Shown: in pieces, positions 55,247 to 64,000 of the stretch
Layout of the letters: each line of letters opens with the position of its first letter
Position numbering within the stretch: position 1 is the stretch's first letter
NCBI GenBank assembly: GCA_023268715.1
Contig: JALRLV010000001.1
Location: 70,383 to 134,382, forward strand
DNA from: Candidatus Thalassarchaeaceae archaeon
GTDB taxonomy: Archaea > Thermoplasmatota > Poseidoniia > Poseidoniales > Thalassarchaeaceae
Direction of reading: 5' to 3'
Length of the DNA stretch: 64,000 bases
Position numbers and translations under genes: made by a program
Notes under the pieces: model-generated
Seen by the model: the letters and a program-made list of their open reading frames with translations, nothing else
Database searches by the model: none
What the model was told of the DNA's origin: nothing

Positions 55247-56898
55247 TGATGGATAGACAAGGTAGAGGTCTTGCTGAGACTGTATGGACAAGGCTTGATA
55301 GAAAGGCGGGAGCAATTACAGAACTCACCATACGTCAATTGAGAAATCGCCTTTCTACCTGGGTGGTCTTGGCCGTTAGCTTCCTACTGCTAATTTGCTT
55401 ACTTGCATTATTTGTTGGAGGAGTAAGGGATGGTTGGGAACCGATTGATAACGATAACGATTCTCACGATTGGGATAACGATGGCTATCCTGCGGGTCAA
55501 GAATACAAGTACGGCAGTGACGCAAACGATCCATTTTCCTTCCCGGGTTCCGGAGATTTTGTCCAAGAGGGTTACTTCGAGTGGGGGGGTGTGGGGCAAC
55601 ATTCGGGAAACCACACCTGGAGATATGTAACTGGGACATTTACTTACAATTGGATAGAAAATAGTGGAATTGGAGGGGATAGAGATACATTCCTTGATAT
55701 TTCAAATCTGGATGATTGTCCAGAAGGGGAAATGTTCGAAGATTTTTGGCTAGATTGGGGGAGTGGCTGCTCGTTGGCAGAAAATTCCATACTTGTCCAT
55801 GAAGCATCTTTCGCGGGTAATGGAACATTAAGGACCCAAGAAGGATGGGGAGGTGTCTGGGGTTACATGGAGGATGTATTCTATGTTGAACCGGAACCAG
55901 CATCGAATTATATCGATGAAGATGACATAGATTGGACTGGAGATTCTAATAAAATAAATGGATTCGATGATGATGGAGACTGTTTACGAATTGGTTGGCC
56001 AGGAGATCCAGAACCTCAGTGGTGGTGGGAAGGTAGACATGACCCCGATGGTAATGGAAATGGTATTGACTGCGATGTTGAATGGATTACCGATGTAGAT
56101 GGAAATATTATAGCAATAAATCCTGACAATAATGTCGATGAGGATCCAAGCGAAGAAAATCTAGCTTACGAAGATGCTCATCGTGCATTTATTATCGGGA
56201 CAGGCAAAATCGCATTTGTTATGATTTTAGGAATTTTCTTGCCACTCTTCCTAGCCTTAGGATTGGTTAGAGATGAAACGGAAAATGGTACTTTGCACTA
56301 TCTTCTTTCTAAACCGATCCATCGTGGAGAATTCATCACTTACAGAATTCTGGGTTATCTTATCGTAGCGGGTGGATTCGTGCTAATTATGTCAATATTG
56401 ATGGGTTTGGTTACAGCCTCTCTAGGACCTGGTGATTCAATATTTAGGTTGAAGGATGTAGTTGTTTGGTTAGGAATAGCCTTCGCCACAATATTAGCAC
56501 TCGCAGCCTACGGAGCGATTTTCAATACACTCGGACTTATCTCCTCAAGATATGGTGTTTACATTGCATTGGTAATTGGAGTGTATGAATTTGTCATGGC
56601 AGTACTTACCCTTGGTGGTGCTGAACTCATTCCTGTTCTTTCTGTCTCTCATTGGACGTTACAATTAATCGATTCAATTGTGCTCATCGTATGGCCAAAT
56701 ACCATAGAAATGCATCTTATTGCAACCGCTTTCGAACTTCCTTCAGGAATAACGGCATTCTGGAATCCTCCTGTGCATACACTTGGAACTGAAAGCCCAT
56801 TTGTTTCTGGATTGATATCGGTAATTGTATTGATATTGATTACTTCATTGATGATTCTATTTGGTCAGCGTCAATTCAAGCGCAGAGAGATAATGTGA
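55246..56898 (+). CDS. ABC-2-type permease with ~280-aa Asp-rich extracytoplasmic domain (copy 2)
   Basis: An N-terminal TM segment is followed by a domain with Ca-binding-like Asp repeats (DNDNDSHDWDNDGYP, DPDGNGNGIDCD, DDDGDC). About 5 further TM segments follow. Its start overlaps the upstream stop as TAATG. Confidence 0.7.
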   Translation: MMDRQGRGLAETVWTRLDRKAGAITELTIRQLRNRLSTWVVLAVSFLLLICLLALFVGGVRDGWEPIDNDNDSHDWDNDGYPAGQEYKYGSDANDPFSFPGSGDFVQEGYFEWGGVGQHSGNHTWRYVTGTFTYNWIENSGIGGDRDTFLDISNLDDCPEGEMFEDFWLDWGSGCSLAENSILVHEASFAGNGTLRTQEGWGGVWGYMEDVFYVEPEPASNYIDEDDIDWTGDSNKINGFDDDGDCLRIGWPGDPEPQWWWEGRHDPDGNGNGIDCDVEWITDVDGNIIAINPDNNVDEDPSEENLAYEDAHRAFIIGTGKIAFVMILGIFLPLFLALGLVRDETENGTLHYLLSKPIHRGEFITYRILGYLIVAGGFVLIMSILMGLVTASLGPGDSIFRLKDVVVWLGIAFATILALAAYGAIFNTLGLISSRYGVYIALVIGVYEFVMAVLTLGGAELIPVLSVSHWTLQLIDSIVLIVWPNTIEMHLIATAFELPSGITAFWNPPVHTLGTESPFVSGLISVIVLILITSLMILFGQRQFKRREIM

Positions 56899-58109
56899 AC
56901 CAGGATGTGGCCTTCTGCATGGATAAAATAGAAGGTGACTTCGATAAATTCTGGCGTTTTGATATATTGCCTCCTATCAATCGCCTTTCTTGGTGGTGGT
57001 GGTGGGTATTGGTTCTGGTTCCAGACCCAATCCATCCTGAACGTTCGAGGCAATTGATGGTGCTTTGGTCATCAAAGGAAACTCCTGCAATTAGAGTCAG
57101 CGGTCATTGGTGGATACCAAAAGCAAGAATGTATGTTGATCAAGAGGGAGGGTCTGTAATGTCCGGCATGGTTTGTGCATGGTGGTATGACGGCAAAAAA
57201 ATGTTTGAGCCACTACTAATGAAAGAATGTAGAATGGCCTCTGTAGACGATAATCACCCACTTTGGCCGGACGAGGTACAAGAGACAGGAATGGGTGCTG
57301 GAGCAGTAGTTCCTCTGACATCTGAGGATCTATCTTTTGGATTGCGCCCAGGCCGCCGTTCATTTTGGCTAAATCTAACTAGTGACCCTGAAAAAGTCAG
57401 AGAAGGTTCTCCGAAAGATTTCAGCGTAGAAATGACTCCCTGGTGGGAGCGACCAAGTACTGCGAAATACAAGAATAATGTATTCGGTTTGAATATGGGT
57501 TATGATATCCAAAGAGTGCATGGGATGAAAGCGAAATTGAATATTGATGGGGAAGAAGTCGAGGGTTCAGCATATATCCAGAAGGTTGGTGTACAGGCAC
57601 CGAGTTTACCTTGGTTTTGGGGGATGTTGCATTTTGATGATGGCTCATATCTAGATTGGTTCATGCCTCACGTTTCTCCATCATTTACAATGAAAGATGA
57701 CACACCTTGGTCAATGCGTGATTTCTTCCGAACACCAAATGCCGGCTCGGGATTATTTCATGATGCAAATAGAAATAGAACTGAGAATTTCAAGCGATGT
57801 ACTGTTGAATTAGAACGACAAGAAGGAGAAAACGCACTTAGAGATGAACAGGGGAATTTACTTCCTAGATTCAAGATAAAGGTCTGGAATGGGCGAACTC
57901 AAGTTTCTATTCATGTTCGGGCAACATCCCGTGCAAGATGGGTTTTCGATCAACCTACTCGAGCTGGTTTTGTTAGTCATTTAACCTACAACGAATATCC
58001 GCTTGAAATAGAGAAAATTGCAATTCTAGATGAGAAAGGTTTGCGCTCGATTGATGATTATGAGTGGATTAGGGGCAATGCAGAACATGCCTGGGGTATA
58101 CTGAATTAA
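56895..58109 (+). CDS. Trp-rich protein of unknown function, last gene of the ABC operon
   Basis: 404-aa ORF. Its GTG start overlaps the permease stop (ATGTGA); the alternative start is the ATG at 56919. It has LSWWWWWVLVLVPDP and GSAYIQKVGVQAPSLPWFWGMLHF. I see only a weak resemblance to the tocopherol cyclase / AttH-CrtC fold families. Confidence 0.55.
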   Translation: MNQDVAFCMDKIEGDFDKFWRFDILPPINRLSWWWWWVLVLVPDPIHPERSRQLMVLWSSKETPAIRVSGHWWIPKARMYVDQEGGSVMSGMVCAWWYDGKKMFEPLLMKECRMASVDDNHPLWPDEVQETGMGAGAVVPLTSEDLSFGLRPGRRSFWLNLTSDPEKVREGSPKDFSVEMTPWWERPSTAKYKNNVFGLNMGYDIQRVHGMKAKLNIDGEEVEGSAYIQKVGVQAPSLPWFWGMLHFDDGSYLDWFMPHVSPSFTMKDDTPWSMRDFFRTPNAGSGLFHDANRNRTENFKRCTVELERQEGENALRDEQGNLLPRFKIKVWNGRTQVSIHVRATSRARWVFDQPTRAGFVSHLTYNEYPLEIEKIAILDEKGLRSIDDYEWIRGNAEHAWGILN

Positions 58110-58184
58110 TCGCCGATGATTTGGGGCGGTTTACGCCGCACCGTTCATAACAGGTACTGCAGTGAGAGTTACCGAGAGATAGAG

Positions 58185-58733
58185 ATGAGTGCAGACGAGG
58201 TAGTTACACAGGCGGCTCAACTGATTACCAGTGGAGACTATGCAGGCGCTATGGCGGTATTCGATGGTTATATCGATTCTAACCCCGATGACCCTGCTGG
58301 TTACCACGGATGGGCGGAAGCCGCTTTATTTGACATTCAAGAAAATGGCAACTTAGATGACAAAGGAAATGACCGAATTAACGAGGGGCAAATCAATGCA
58401 TATTTCCGAAGAGCAGCGAGTATGGCTCCTGAAAATGCAGACTACAATGCTGCATATGCTAACGCTTTAGTGGAATTCGATCGTATTCCTATGGCAGTTA
58501 GGCAATTACACAAGTTGGTTGAAATCGGAAAAGCCTCAGATGAAACCGATGTTTCTTTCCATCTCTATGAGGCTGCAAGAGGATTAATCGAGGCAATAGA
58601 TCTCAAAACTAACTTCGATAGAAGTGCACCGATTGCAAGGCAATATATCTCAGAGGCAGTGACCTTCGCACTTCTAGGGCTAGGCTTTTCATCTGCTGAA
58701 GAGGCTATTGAGTACCTTGGACTTGAAGAGTGA
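58185..58733 (+). CDS. Helical-repeat (TPR-like) protein, unknown function
   Basis: It has Ala/Tyr-rich helical pairs (GDYAGAMAVFDGYIDSNPDDPAGYHGWAEA...). The start is taken at MSADEV. Confidence 0.45.
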   Translation: MSADEVVTQAAQLITSGDYAGAMAVFDGYIDSNPDDPAGYHGWAEAALFDIQENGNLDDKGNDRINEGQINAYFRRAASMAPENADYNAAYANALVEFDRIPMAVRQLHKLVEIGKASDETDVSFHLYEAARGLIEAIDLKTNFDRSAPIARQYISEAVTFALLGLGFSSAEEAIEYLGLEE

Positions 58734-58762
58734 GAGGGGTAGGCGTGCATAGCGACCTAATC

Positions 58763-59626
58763 ATGGTCGCCTTTGGTTACCATGGCGCAAAATTTCATGG
58801 TTCACAAATTCAACCAGATGTTCGAACTGTTCAAGGTGAACTAAAACAAGCCATCGAAAGATTAGGGTGGTGGTCTGAATCCTGTCTTGAGATGTCTAGT
58901 CGAACGGACTCAGGGGTCAGCGTAAGGATGAATTTGGCTACAATATCTCTTCCGACGGATATTGCTAATGTTGTCGACGAGTCATCTCTTGTATCTGCAT
59001 TAAATGACCATTTACCCGAAGACCTAGTGGTTTGGAAAGCTTGTAGAGTCCCAGAAGGTACGAGGTCGAGACTCGCTGAGAAAAGACTCTATATCTATCG
59101 TTTAGAAATGATTCCAAGTTTACCTTCCGACATAGAATATGAGAAATTCAGGAAAGCATGCAACCTCTTTGTTGGTGAGCATAATTTCACTAATTTCTGT
59201 AGGCTCGATCCCGTCAGAAGCCCTATTCGCACCATTGAATCATGCCAACCTTGGCTGGATAATTCAGGCCGAATTGTTGGATTTACAGTAGTTGCAGAAT
59301 CATTCTTGTGGAATCAAATTCGTCGTATTGCATCTTCACTTCATAGAGTTGCAAAGAATGATATTGGATTAAATGAAATAGCATTAGCTTTGGAAAACCC
59401 CGAGGAATCAATCGATTTTGGTCTAGCCCCAGCAGACGGTCTTATTCTATGGTCTCTAGAGCATCCTGAATTCGCTCATAATTTCGAGGTTCCAAAAATC
59501 ATTGATGGAATCAGTATACCCCCAGAAGAAAAAAGGGCTCACAAACAATGGTTGAACCTAGCTAGAATGGAAAATAGCTCTATTCTAGAGAGAGAATGGT
59601 TGAGACTTATCCAAGACGTAAGGTAA
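58763..59626 (+). CDS. truA: tRNA pseudouridine(38-40) synthase
   Basis: It has VAFGYHGAKFHGSQIQP and the catalytic Asp motif SRTDSGVSV. An alternative GTG start lies at 58730. Confidence 0.85.
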   Translation: MVAFGYHGAKFHGSQIQPDVRTVQGELKQAIERLGWWSESCLEMSSRTDSGVSVRMNLATISLPTDIANVVDESSLVSALNDHLPEDLVVWKACRVPEGTRSRLAEKRLYIYRLEMIPSLPSDIEYEKFRKACNLFVGEHNFTNFCRLDPVRSPIRTIESCQPWLDNSGRIVGFTVVAESFLWNQIRRIASSLHRVAKNDIGLNEIALALENPEESIDFGLAPADGLILWSLEHPEFAHNFEVPKIIDGISIPPEEKRAHKQWLNLARMENSSILEREWLRLIQDVR

Positions 59627-60041
59627 CCAAGTCTCCATCAGAACAAGGTAATCTTTCTCTAAGGAAAGAACTCGAAATCACTTCGGCTGTTTCTGTATGT
59701 CTTGTTAAATCAGGGATTAAAATTGCACAACTTATCCAATGCTCTCCGTCTGATGAAATACTTGCAGGGAAAGCGGTTGCGCCACCAAAAGACCGACCTT
59801 CCCGTTCAAATCCTGCGATTCTAATCGATTCTATGTCTGCAGAAATTTCACCTTGCTCCAAACCTGCTATGATTCTCAGTTCTTGATAGGTGTTTATCCC
59901 ATCTTCTAGAATATCTACATTGAGAGTACCCGGCCATGCACCAGATCCTAGGACCGTTTTGAACTGCTCTTGATAGTGACTCTGAGCCATGAAAACATGA
60001 GCCCGTCCAAGTCCACTTGTGACTTTCCCTGCCAGTTCCAT
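59607..60041 (-). CDS. ribK: CTP-dependent riboflavin kinase, archaeal type
   Basis: The segments GKVTSGLGRAHVFMAQSHYQEQFKTVLGSGAWPGTLNV and the C-terminal LRERLPCSDGDLVTL match the MJ0056-type RibK pattern. It converges on truA with a 20-nt overlap. Confidence 0.8.
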   Translation of the reverse strand: MELAGKVTSGLGRAHVFMAQSHYQEQFKTVLGSGAWPGTLNVDILEDGINTYQELRIIAGLEQGEISADIESIRIAGFEREGRSFGGATAFPASISSDGEHWISCAILIPDLTRHTETAEVISSSFLRERLPCSDGDLVTLRLG

Positions 60042-60085
60042 GATATTGCGTCAAACCCATTACAAATAAGCATCAGTATTTTGCC

Positions 60086-60961
60086 TTACAATTCTATGGT
60101 CCAGCCTCTCTGACCAATACTATAGCCAGCGTCTTCAATTAGACGAGATTGAGGGCTATTCGGATTATTCAGTGGATTGGTATGATTAAGGTGAATCAAA
60201 ATGATTTCAGGGTCACCTAAACCACCTTCCTGCAGTCTTTCAAGAGAGTCTTCAACGGTGGGATGAGGTACATCGTTCATGTCTCGACCAGGTAGTTCTT
60301 TTCCATTCCAAAAGGTTGCATCTAGTAACACATGAGTTGCTCCCAAAGAGTGAAACCAATCATTTGGATTTGTATATCCTACAGATTTCAAGGTCTGCTC
60401 CCAATCATCATGATCTGGAAGAAATAACACTCGTCTATTTTCTCCTGAAATTAAAATCGCGTGGGTATCAGACGTATCGTCTCTGTGAGGGACGGGTATG
60501 AAATCAAACACCACACCTCCTTGTTGAAATTTAGGGAGATTCTCTGAGGTCAATTCAGCTCTAACAAATGGGGTGATTAGCTTCTTCTCCTGAAGAATTG
60601 AAGCCACAGATTCACTAGCCACAAGCGTAAGATTTCGGCAATCCATCGCTTCTTTACCGAATTGACCGATCCCTTCAATATGACCTAGATGGGCATGGGT
60701 TAGCAATACTGAGTTAGGCCTTATCGGGTTTTCAAATCCACAGGCATCGGCCCATATTTTCAACTGTTCTGGTAAAGCCCTAGTTGCTTCGATTAGGTGC
60801 ATCCCACCATGGTTATCGATAACTCCTAGAGATACTGGGAATCGAAGTCTTTCCTGGTTTTCAAATGCCGCATTGCAATTCGAGCACCCACATCCTGCTT
60901 GAGGGACACCTCCGTCTTGGGCAGTTCCAAGAATTGTCACAGTGGGGACTGTGCTCTCCAT
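60086..60961 (-). CDS. MBL-fold metallo-hydrolase (PqqB/PhnP-like)
   Basis: It has a variant of the HxHxDH motif (LTHAHLGHIEG) and an N-terminal ILGTAQDGGVPQAGCGCSNC. Confidence 0.7.
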   Translation of the reverse strand: MESTVPTVTILGTAQDGGVPQAGCGCSNCNAAFENQERLRFPVSLGVIDNHGGMHLIEATRALPEQLKIWADACGFENPIRPNSVLLTHAHLGHIEGIGQFGKEAMDCRNLTLVASESVASILQEKKLITPFVRAELTSENLPKFQQGGVVFDFIPVPHRDDTSDTHAILISGENRRVLFLPDHDDWEQTLKSVGYTNPNDWFHSLGATHVLLDATFWNGKELPGRDMNDVPHPTVEDSLERLQEGGLGDPEIILIHLNHTNPLNNPNSPQSRLIEDAGYSIGQRGWTIEL

Positions 60962-61074
60962 ACACGGTGAAGCCCGCTAGTGCTGAAAGAGTCGTCGACG
61001 AGGTTAGTCTTCCGTTCCGATGAAATCATCAAGGCAGTCGACATGTCAGGTGCGTGAGCGGCGACACCTCATGG

Positions 61075-62235
61075 ATGAAGAAGCGCTTCGAGGCGCTAAA
61101 AGAACAGGGTTTGGAATGGAACCCCCCAACGCTCCAATCCGCTAATCAGCCAAGAGTTACAATGAATGGTAAATCAACCATAATGCTCTCGGCAAACAAT
61201 TATCTCAATCTTACAAACCATCCAAAAATAGTTCAGGCAATGATTGATGCCACCATAAAATATGGTGCAGGAAGCGGCTCTGTTCGAGCTATAGCAGGGA
61301 CCATGGATATTCATTTAGAAGCCGAAAAAAAGGTGGCAGAATTCAAGGGTGTTGAAGCATCCTTAATTTACTCAGCAGGATACACAGCCAATGTTGGATT
61401 AATTCCAACACTAGTACAGGGGAAACAGGACGTTATAATTAGTGACGAACTAAACCACGGATCAATCATAGATGGAGTTCGATTAACAAAGGCCCAACGG
61501 GCGGTTTACTCTCACAATGATATGGGAGCATTGGAGGCTGTTCTAAATGAGCATTCCTCCGCTGACAGAAAATTGATTATTACCGATGGAGTATTCTCCA
61601 TGGACGGAGATATTGCACCATTAGATGAGATATCTTCTCTCGCCGAAGAACACGGTGCAATGGTATTCGTTGATGACTGTCATGGAGAGGGAGTTCTTGG
61701 AGAAGGCGGAGCTGGTATTGTCGACCACTTCAAATTACAAGGTAAGGTTGATTTTGAGGTTGGCTCATTTTCCAAAGCCCTTGGAGTTCAGGGAGGAATA
61801 GTTGCAGGTTCTCAGGATGTTCGAACACATGCGCTGAATCATTCTCGCTCTTGGCTACTCTCCGGTAGTCAACCACCTGGCGTTGCAGCTGCTCAGAAGG
61901 CGGCTGTTGAGGTTTTGATGGCAGAACCAGAACATCATGCAAGGCTTTGGGAAAATACAAATTATTTCAGAGATGAATTGCAATCATTAGGTTTTGATAC
62001 AGGTCTATCTGAAACTCCCATTATTCCAGTAATGTGTGGAGAATCCGCAAATGCGAAGTCTCTGTCTCAATCTCTAGCAAAAGAAGGTGTAATGGCTGGG
62101 GCAATCACATTCCCTATGGTAGCTAGGGACAAGGCTAGAGTGAGAACTCAAATGTCTGCAGGTTTGACTAGAGAAGACCTAGATCAGGTTCTGAGGATCT
62201 TCGAGCGTGTAGGAAAAAATCTCGGTCTAATCTGA
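61075..62235 (+). CDS. kbl: Glycine C-acetyltransferase (2-amino-3-ketobutyrate CoA ligase) / 8-amino-7-oxononanoate synthase family
   Basis: It has SANNYLNLTNHP and GSGSVRAIAGTMDIHLEAEKK, plus the PLP lysine in GSFSKALG. An alternative GTG start lies at 61054. Confidence 0.85.
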   Translation: MKKRFEALKEQGLEWNPPTLQSANQPRVTMNGKSTIMLSANNYLNLTNHPKIVQAMIDATIKYGAGSGSVRAIAGTMDIHLEAEKKVAEFKGVEASLIYSAGYTANVGLIPTLVQGKQDVIISDELNHGSIIDGVRLTKAQRAVYSHNDMGALEAVLNEHSSADRKLIITDGVFSMDGDIAPLDEISSLAEEHGAMVFVDDCHGEGVLGEGGAGIVDHFKLQGKVDFEVGSFSKALGVQGGIVAGSQDVRTHALNHSRSWLLSGSQPPGVAAAQKAAVEVLMAEPEHHARLWENTNYFRDELQSLGFDTGLSETPIIPVMCGESANAKSLSQSLAKEGVMAGAITFPMVARDKARVRTQMSAGLTREDLDQVLRIFERVGKNLGLI

Positions 62236-62244
62236 GGTGGTCAG

Positions 62245-62667
62245 ATGGTTGAAACGTCTAGTTTGTCAGAAAATCAAATCGATGCGATGATGAAGAGAAT
62301 ACATTCAGTACCGATTATTGAAACGTTAGAGATGGAAATACTTCGACTCGATAAGGGTGAATGCGAAGGCCATGTTCCTCGGGCCAGGAAGTGGGATGGA
62401 ATTTACCAGACATTCCACGGGGGATTACTAGGAACAATTGCCGACACCGTGACTTGTTGGGCAATTCTCACAGTAATCGGCTCGGAAGCAAAAGTCGCTA
62501 CGACTGATTTCAACATAAGATTCCTAAGGCCTTGCAATACTGATGTCAGGTGTATTGCAAGGGTGATTAAGGCGGGGAGAACCATTAGCCTCTCAGAAGC
62601 GGAACTCTACGATTCAGAAAATAACCTCGTAGCGGTCGCTCAAGTGAATTACATCAAACTTGACTAA
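62245..62667 (+). CDS. PaaI-family hotdog-fold thioesterase
   Basis: It has FHGGLLGTIADTV and is 140 aa long. Confidence 0.75.
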   Translation: MVETSSLSENQIDAMMKRIHSVPIIETLEMEILRLDKGECEGHVPRARKWDGIYQTFHGGLLGTIADTVTCWAILTVIGSEAKVATTDFNIRFLRPCNTDVRCIARVIKAGRTISLSEAELYDSENNLVAVAQVNYIKLD

Positions 62668-62681
62668 ACTGTCATCAAGGT

Positions 62682-63296
62682 CTATGCTTCTGAGACGACT
62701 TCGTCGAGGTCTTCGTCATCTAATTCATCAGGCTCTGAGGATTTATCCGGAGCGATTGTTATTTTCATTCCCTCAAATGGATCTAAACCACGGTCTATTC
62801 GGTCTAGCATTCTCCATCTTGGAGCATAAGAGAGGTGAATGTACAGAGGGCCCGGTAAAATTGCGAGGAACCATCCAATATTACTTACAAATTCAGGTGC
62901 ATCTCCAATCATGGCCCACGTCAATAGTAGTAGCCCGATGAAAGGTACTGGAAAGAGATACCGTCTGCGATTTTCAAGCCTAACAGGAGGCCGTTTGAAC
63001 AAATTTGAAATTAGTAAAGAGAAGCCTCCCAAACTGGCGGTCATCGCACAAAAGATTAGACTGATTGTTCCCCACTCAATTACCATATCTTGCAAATCCA
63101 TAGAATCTTGCCAACCGGCGTAAGCAAATGGGACAATTAGAGTCATACTAGCTAGAATTCCATACACCATTCCAACAAAAATAGGGTGGCAAATAGTCAA
63201 TGGATACCTTAGGAATAACTGACTAAGTGAACCACCTTCTAACATGAGCCTGTGGTCTTGGTCGAGACCCTCCAGTACCTCACGCCACCCAACCAT
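62682..63296 (-). CDS. Polytopic membrane protein with acidic C-terminal tail, unknown function
   Basis: 204-aa ORF with about 5 hydrophobic segments. The C-terminus is SSEPDELDDEDLDEVVSEA. Confidence 0.5.
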   Translation of the reverse strand: MVGWREVLEGLDQDHRLMLEGGSLSQLFLRYPLTICHPIFVGMVYGILASMTLIVPFAYAGWQDSMDLQDMVIEWGTISLIFCAMTASLGGFSLLISNLFKRPPVRLENRRRYLFPVPFIGLLLLTWAMIGDAPEFVSNIGWFLAILPGPLYIHLSYAPRWRMLDRIDRGLDPFEGMKITIAPDKSSEPDELDDEDLDEVVSEA

Positions 63297-63365
63297 CGTG
63301 CGCCGGTAAGAATTGGATTGTAATACCGTTCCGATGAAAAAACGAGTAATCAGAGCAGATATTGA

Positions 63366-63797
63366 TTATTTTTCTAAACCGATTTGTACAGAAGTAGTTT
63401 CTAGATTCCATTTGGGACTATTTTCAGATGCATCTCGGATGAAGGGGATTAATGACATACGTAAACCAGCCACATCTACGCCCCAAATCCCATGTTCAAC
63501 ACCAGATAATCGTGTGAGTAATTTAGAGGCCATGTTTACCACTCCCCTTATTTTCTTTCTTTCATAATTATACAACAATGCTGCAATTTGGATAATACCC
63601 TGAACCGCATCTGTTTCTATTGGTTTACCTAAAGGTTTGAGCGATTTCCATAGGTCTTCCCAGGATTCATGAGCATGCCAAAATTTTCCTTCATCAAATA
63701 ACTCGCAGCCTTCAATAAACAGATACTTTTGTTCTTCATCTAGTTCATCCCAAGCCATTAATTTTGAATCATGAGGCATTGGTTGTTGACCATTCAT
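63366..63797 (-). CDS. DUF309-domain protein
   Basis: The segment FDEGKFWHAHESWEDLWK matches the DUF309 signature. Confidence 0.65.
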   Translation of the reverse strand: MNGQQPMPHDSKLMAWDELDEEQKYLFIEGCELFDEGKFWHAHESWEDLWKSLKPLGKPIETDAVQGIIQIAALLYNYERKKIRGVVNMASKLLTRLSGVEHGIWGVDVAGLRMSLIPFIRDASENSPKWNLETTSVQIGLEK

Positions 63798-63878
63798 CGC
63801 CTCTCACTCGCTTACTCCTATGGACGCAGACATTATGACGGGTTCCCCGCCGAGTGCAATCGATAGGAGCGGTATGGG

Positions 63879-64000
63879 ATGACCGAAGACGATTCGTTAT
63901 TCACGATTACAGAGGGGCATCTAGATAGTGGAATGCGTGGGATACCAGTAGGTACTTGCAAAACCTCATTCGTAGATCCAATAGAAGGAGTTCATTACGT
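63879..64000 (+). CDS. 5' end of an ORF, possibly citrate synthase family (runs off window)
   Basis: My own translation gives MTEDDSLFTITEGHLDSGMRGIPVGTCKTSFVDPIEGVHY. The G-[LM]-R-G-[VI]-P-V...T-S-x-V-D pattern resembles citrate synthase N-termini. Only 40 aa are visible. Confidence 0.3.
   Translation, partial: MTEDDSLFTITEGHLDSGMRGIPVGTCKTSFVDPIEGVHY

Noticed and set aside
1-64000. Mobile elements, prophage, defence islands, and rRNA/tRNA genes.
   Set aside because: I recognised no transposase, integrase, restriction-modification, toxin-antitoxin or cas-like ORF. No long terminal or inverted repeats and no structured-RNA signatures were visible by eye. A covariance-model scan (tRNAscan-SE/Infernal) would be needed to exclude small ncRNAs.

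Overview
The window is a gene-dense chromosomal segment with about 60 CDS and short intergenic gaps. It is clearly archaeal. It encodes a TATA-binding protein, archaeal-type FAD synthetase (RibL), CTP-dependent riboflavin kinase (RibK), an archaeosine-type tRNA-guanine transglycosylase, mevalonate kinase and a SepF-like protein. Several genes also have TATA-like boxes about 25-30 nt upstream of the start codon.

These archaeal markers sit beside bacterial-looking genes: MFTGIV-type riboflavin synthase, a fused E1 alpha-beta dehydrogenase, an AmpG-like MFS transporter and PolX. There are also several very large secreted or anchored proteins with acidic tails. This mix fits a marine planktonic Thermoplasmatota genome such as Marine Group II (Poseidoniales), but that placement is inference only.

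Housekeeping content:
- ileS, cysS, truA, a tgtA-like gene, nadE and hppA.
- A riboflavin cluster, ribB-ribL-ribE-ribH.
- Redox genes: trxB, a glutaredoxin, bcp, a NifU-like protein and an HdrD-like protein.
- DNA repair genes: polX and nth.
- A metal-homeostasis neighbourhood: copA, copZ, a ZIP transporter and a NikR-like regulator.
- A tightly coupled 5-gene ABC-2 operon.

By eye I found no rRNA, tRNA, CRISPR array, transposase/integrase or recognisable defence genes.

I cannot point to a proven new system. The best candidates for something undescribed are:
1. A 60-aa, 10-cysteine leaderless ORF translationally coupled to copA and preceded by a perfect 14-bp inverted repeat that overlaps its TATA box.
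2. A phased (about 30-33 bp) array of six direct repeats filling the promoter of an orphan zinc-ribbon-E1 alpha-beta fusion gene.
3. A TBP carrying a roughly 50-aa acidic insertion in its second repeat.
4. An ArcTGT homologue that has lost the CxCxxC zinc-site cysteines.
5. The double-ATPase, double-permease ABC-2 operon ending in a Trp-rich protein of unknown function.

All family calls come from motif recognition by eye. None has been verified by a database search.
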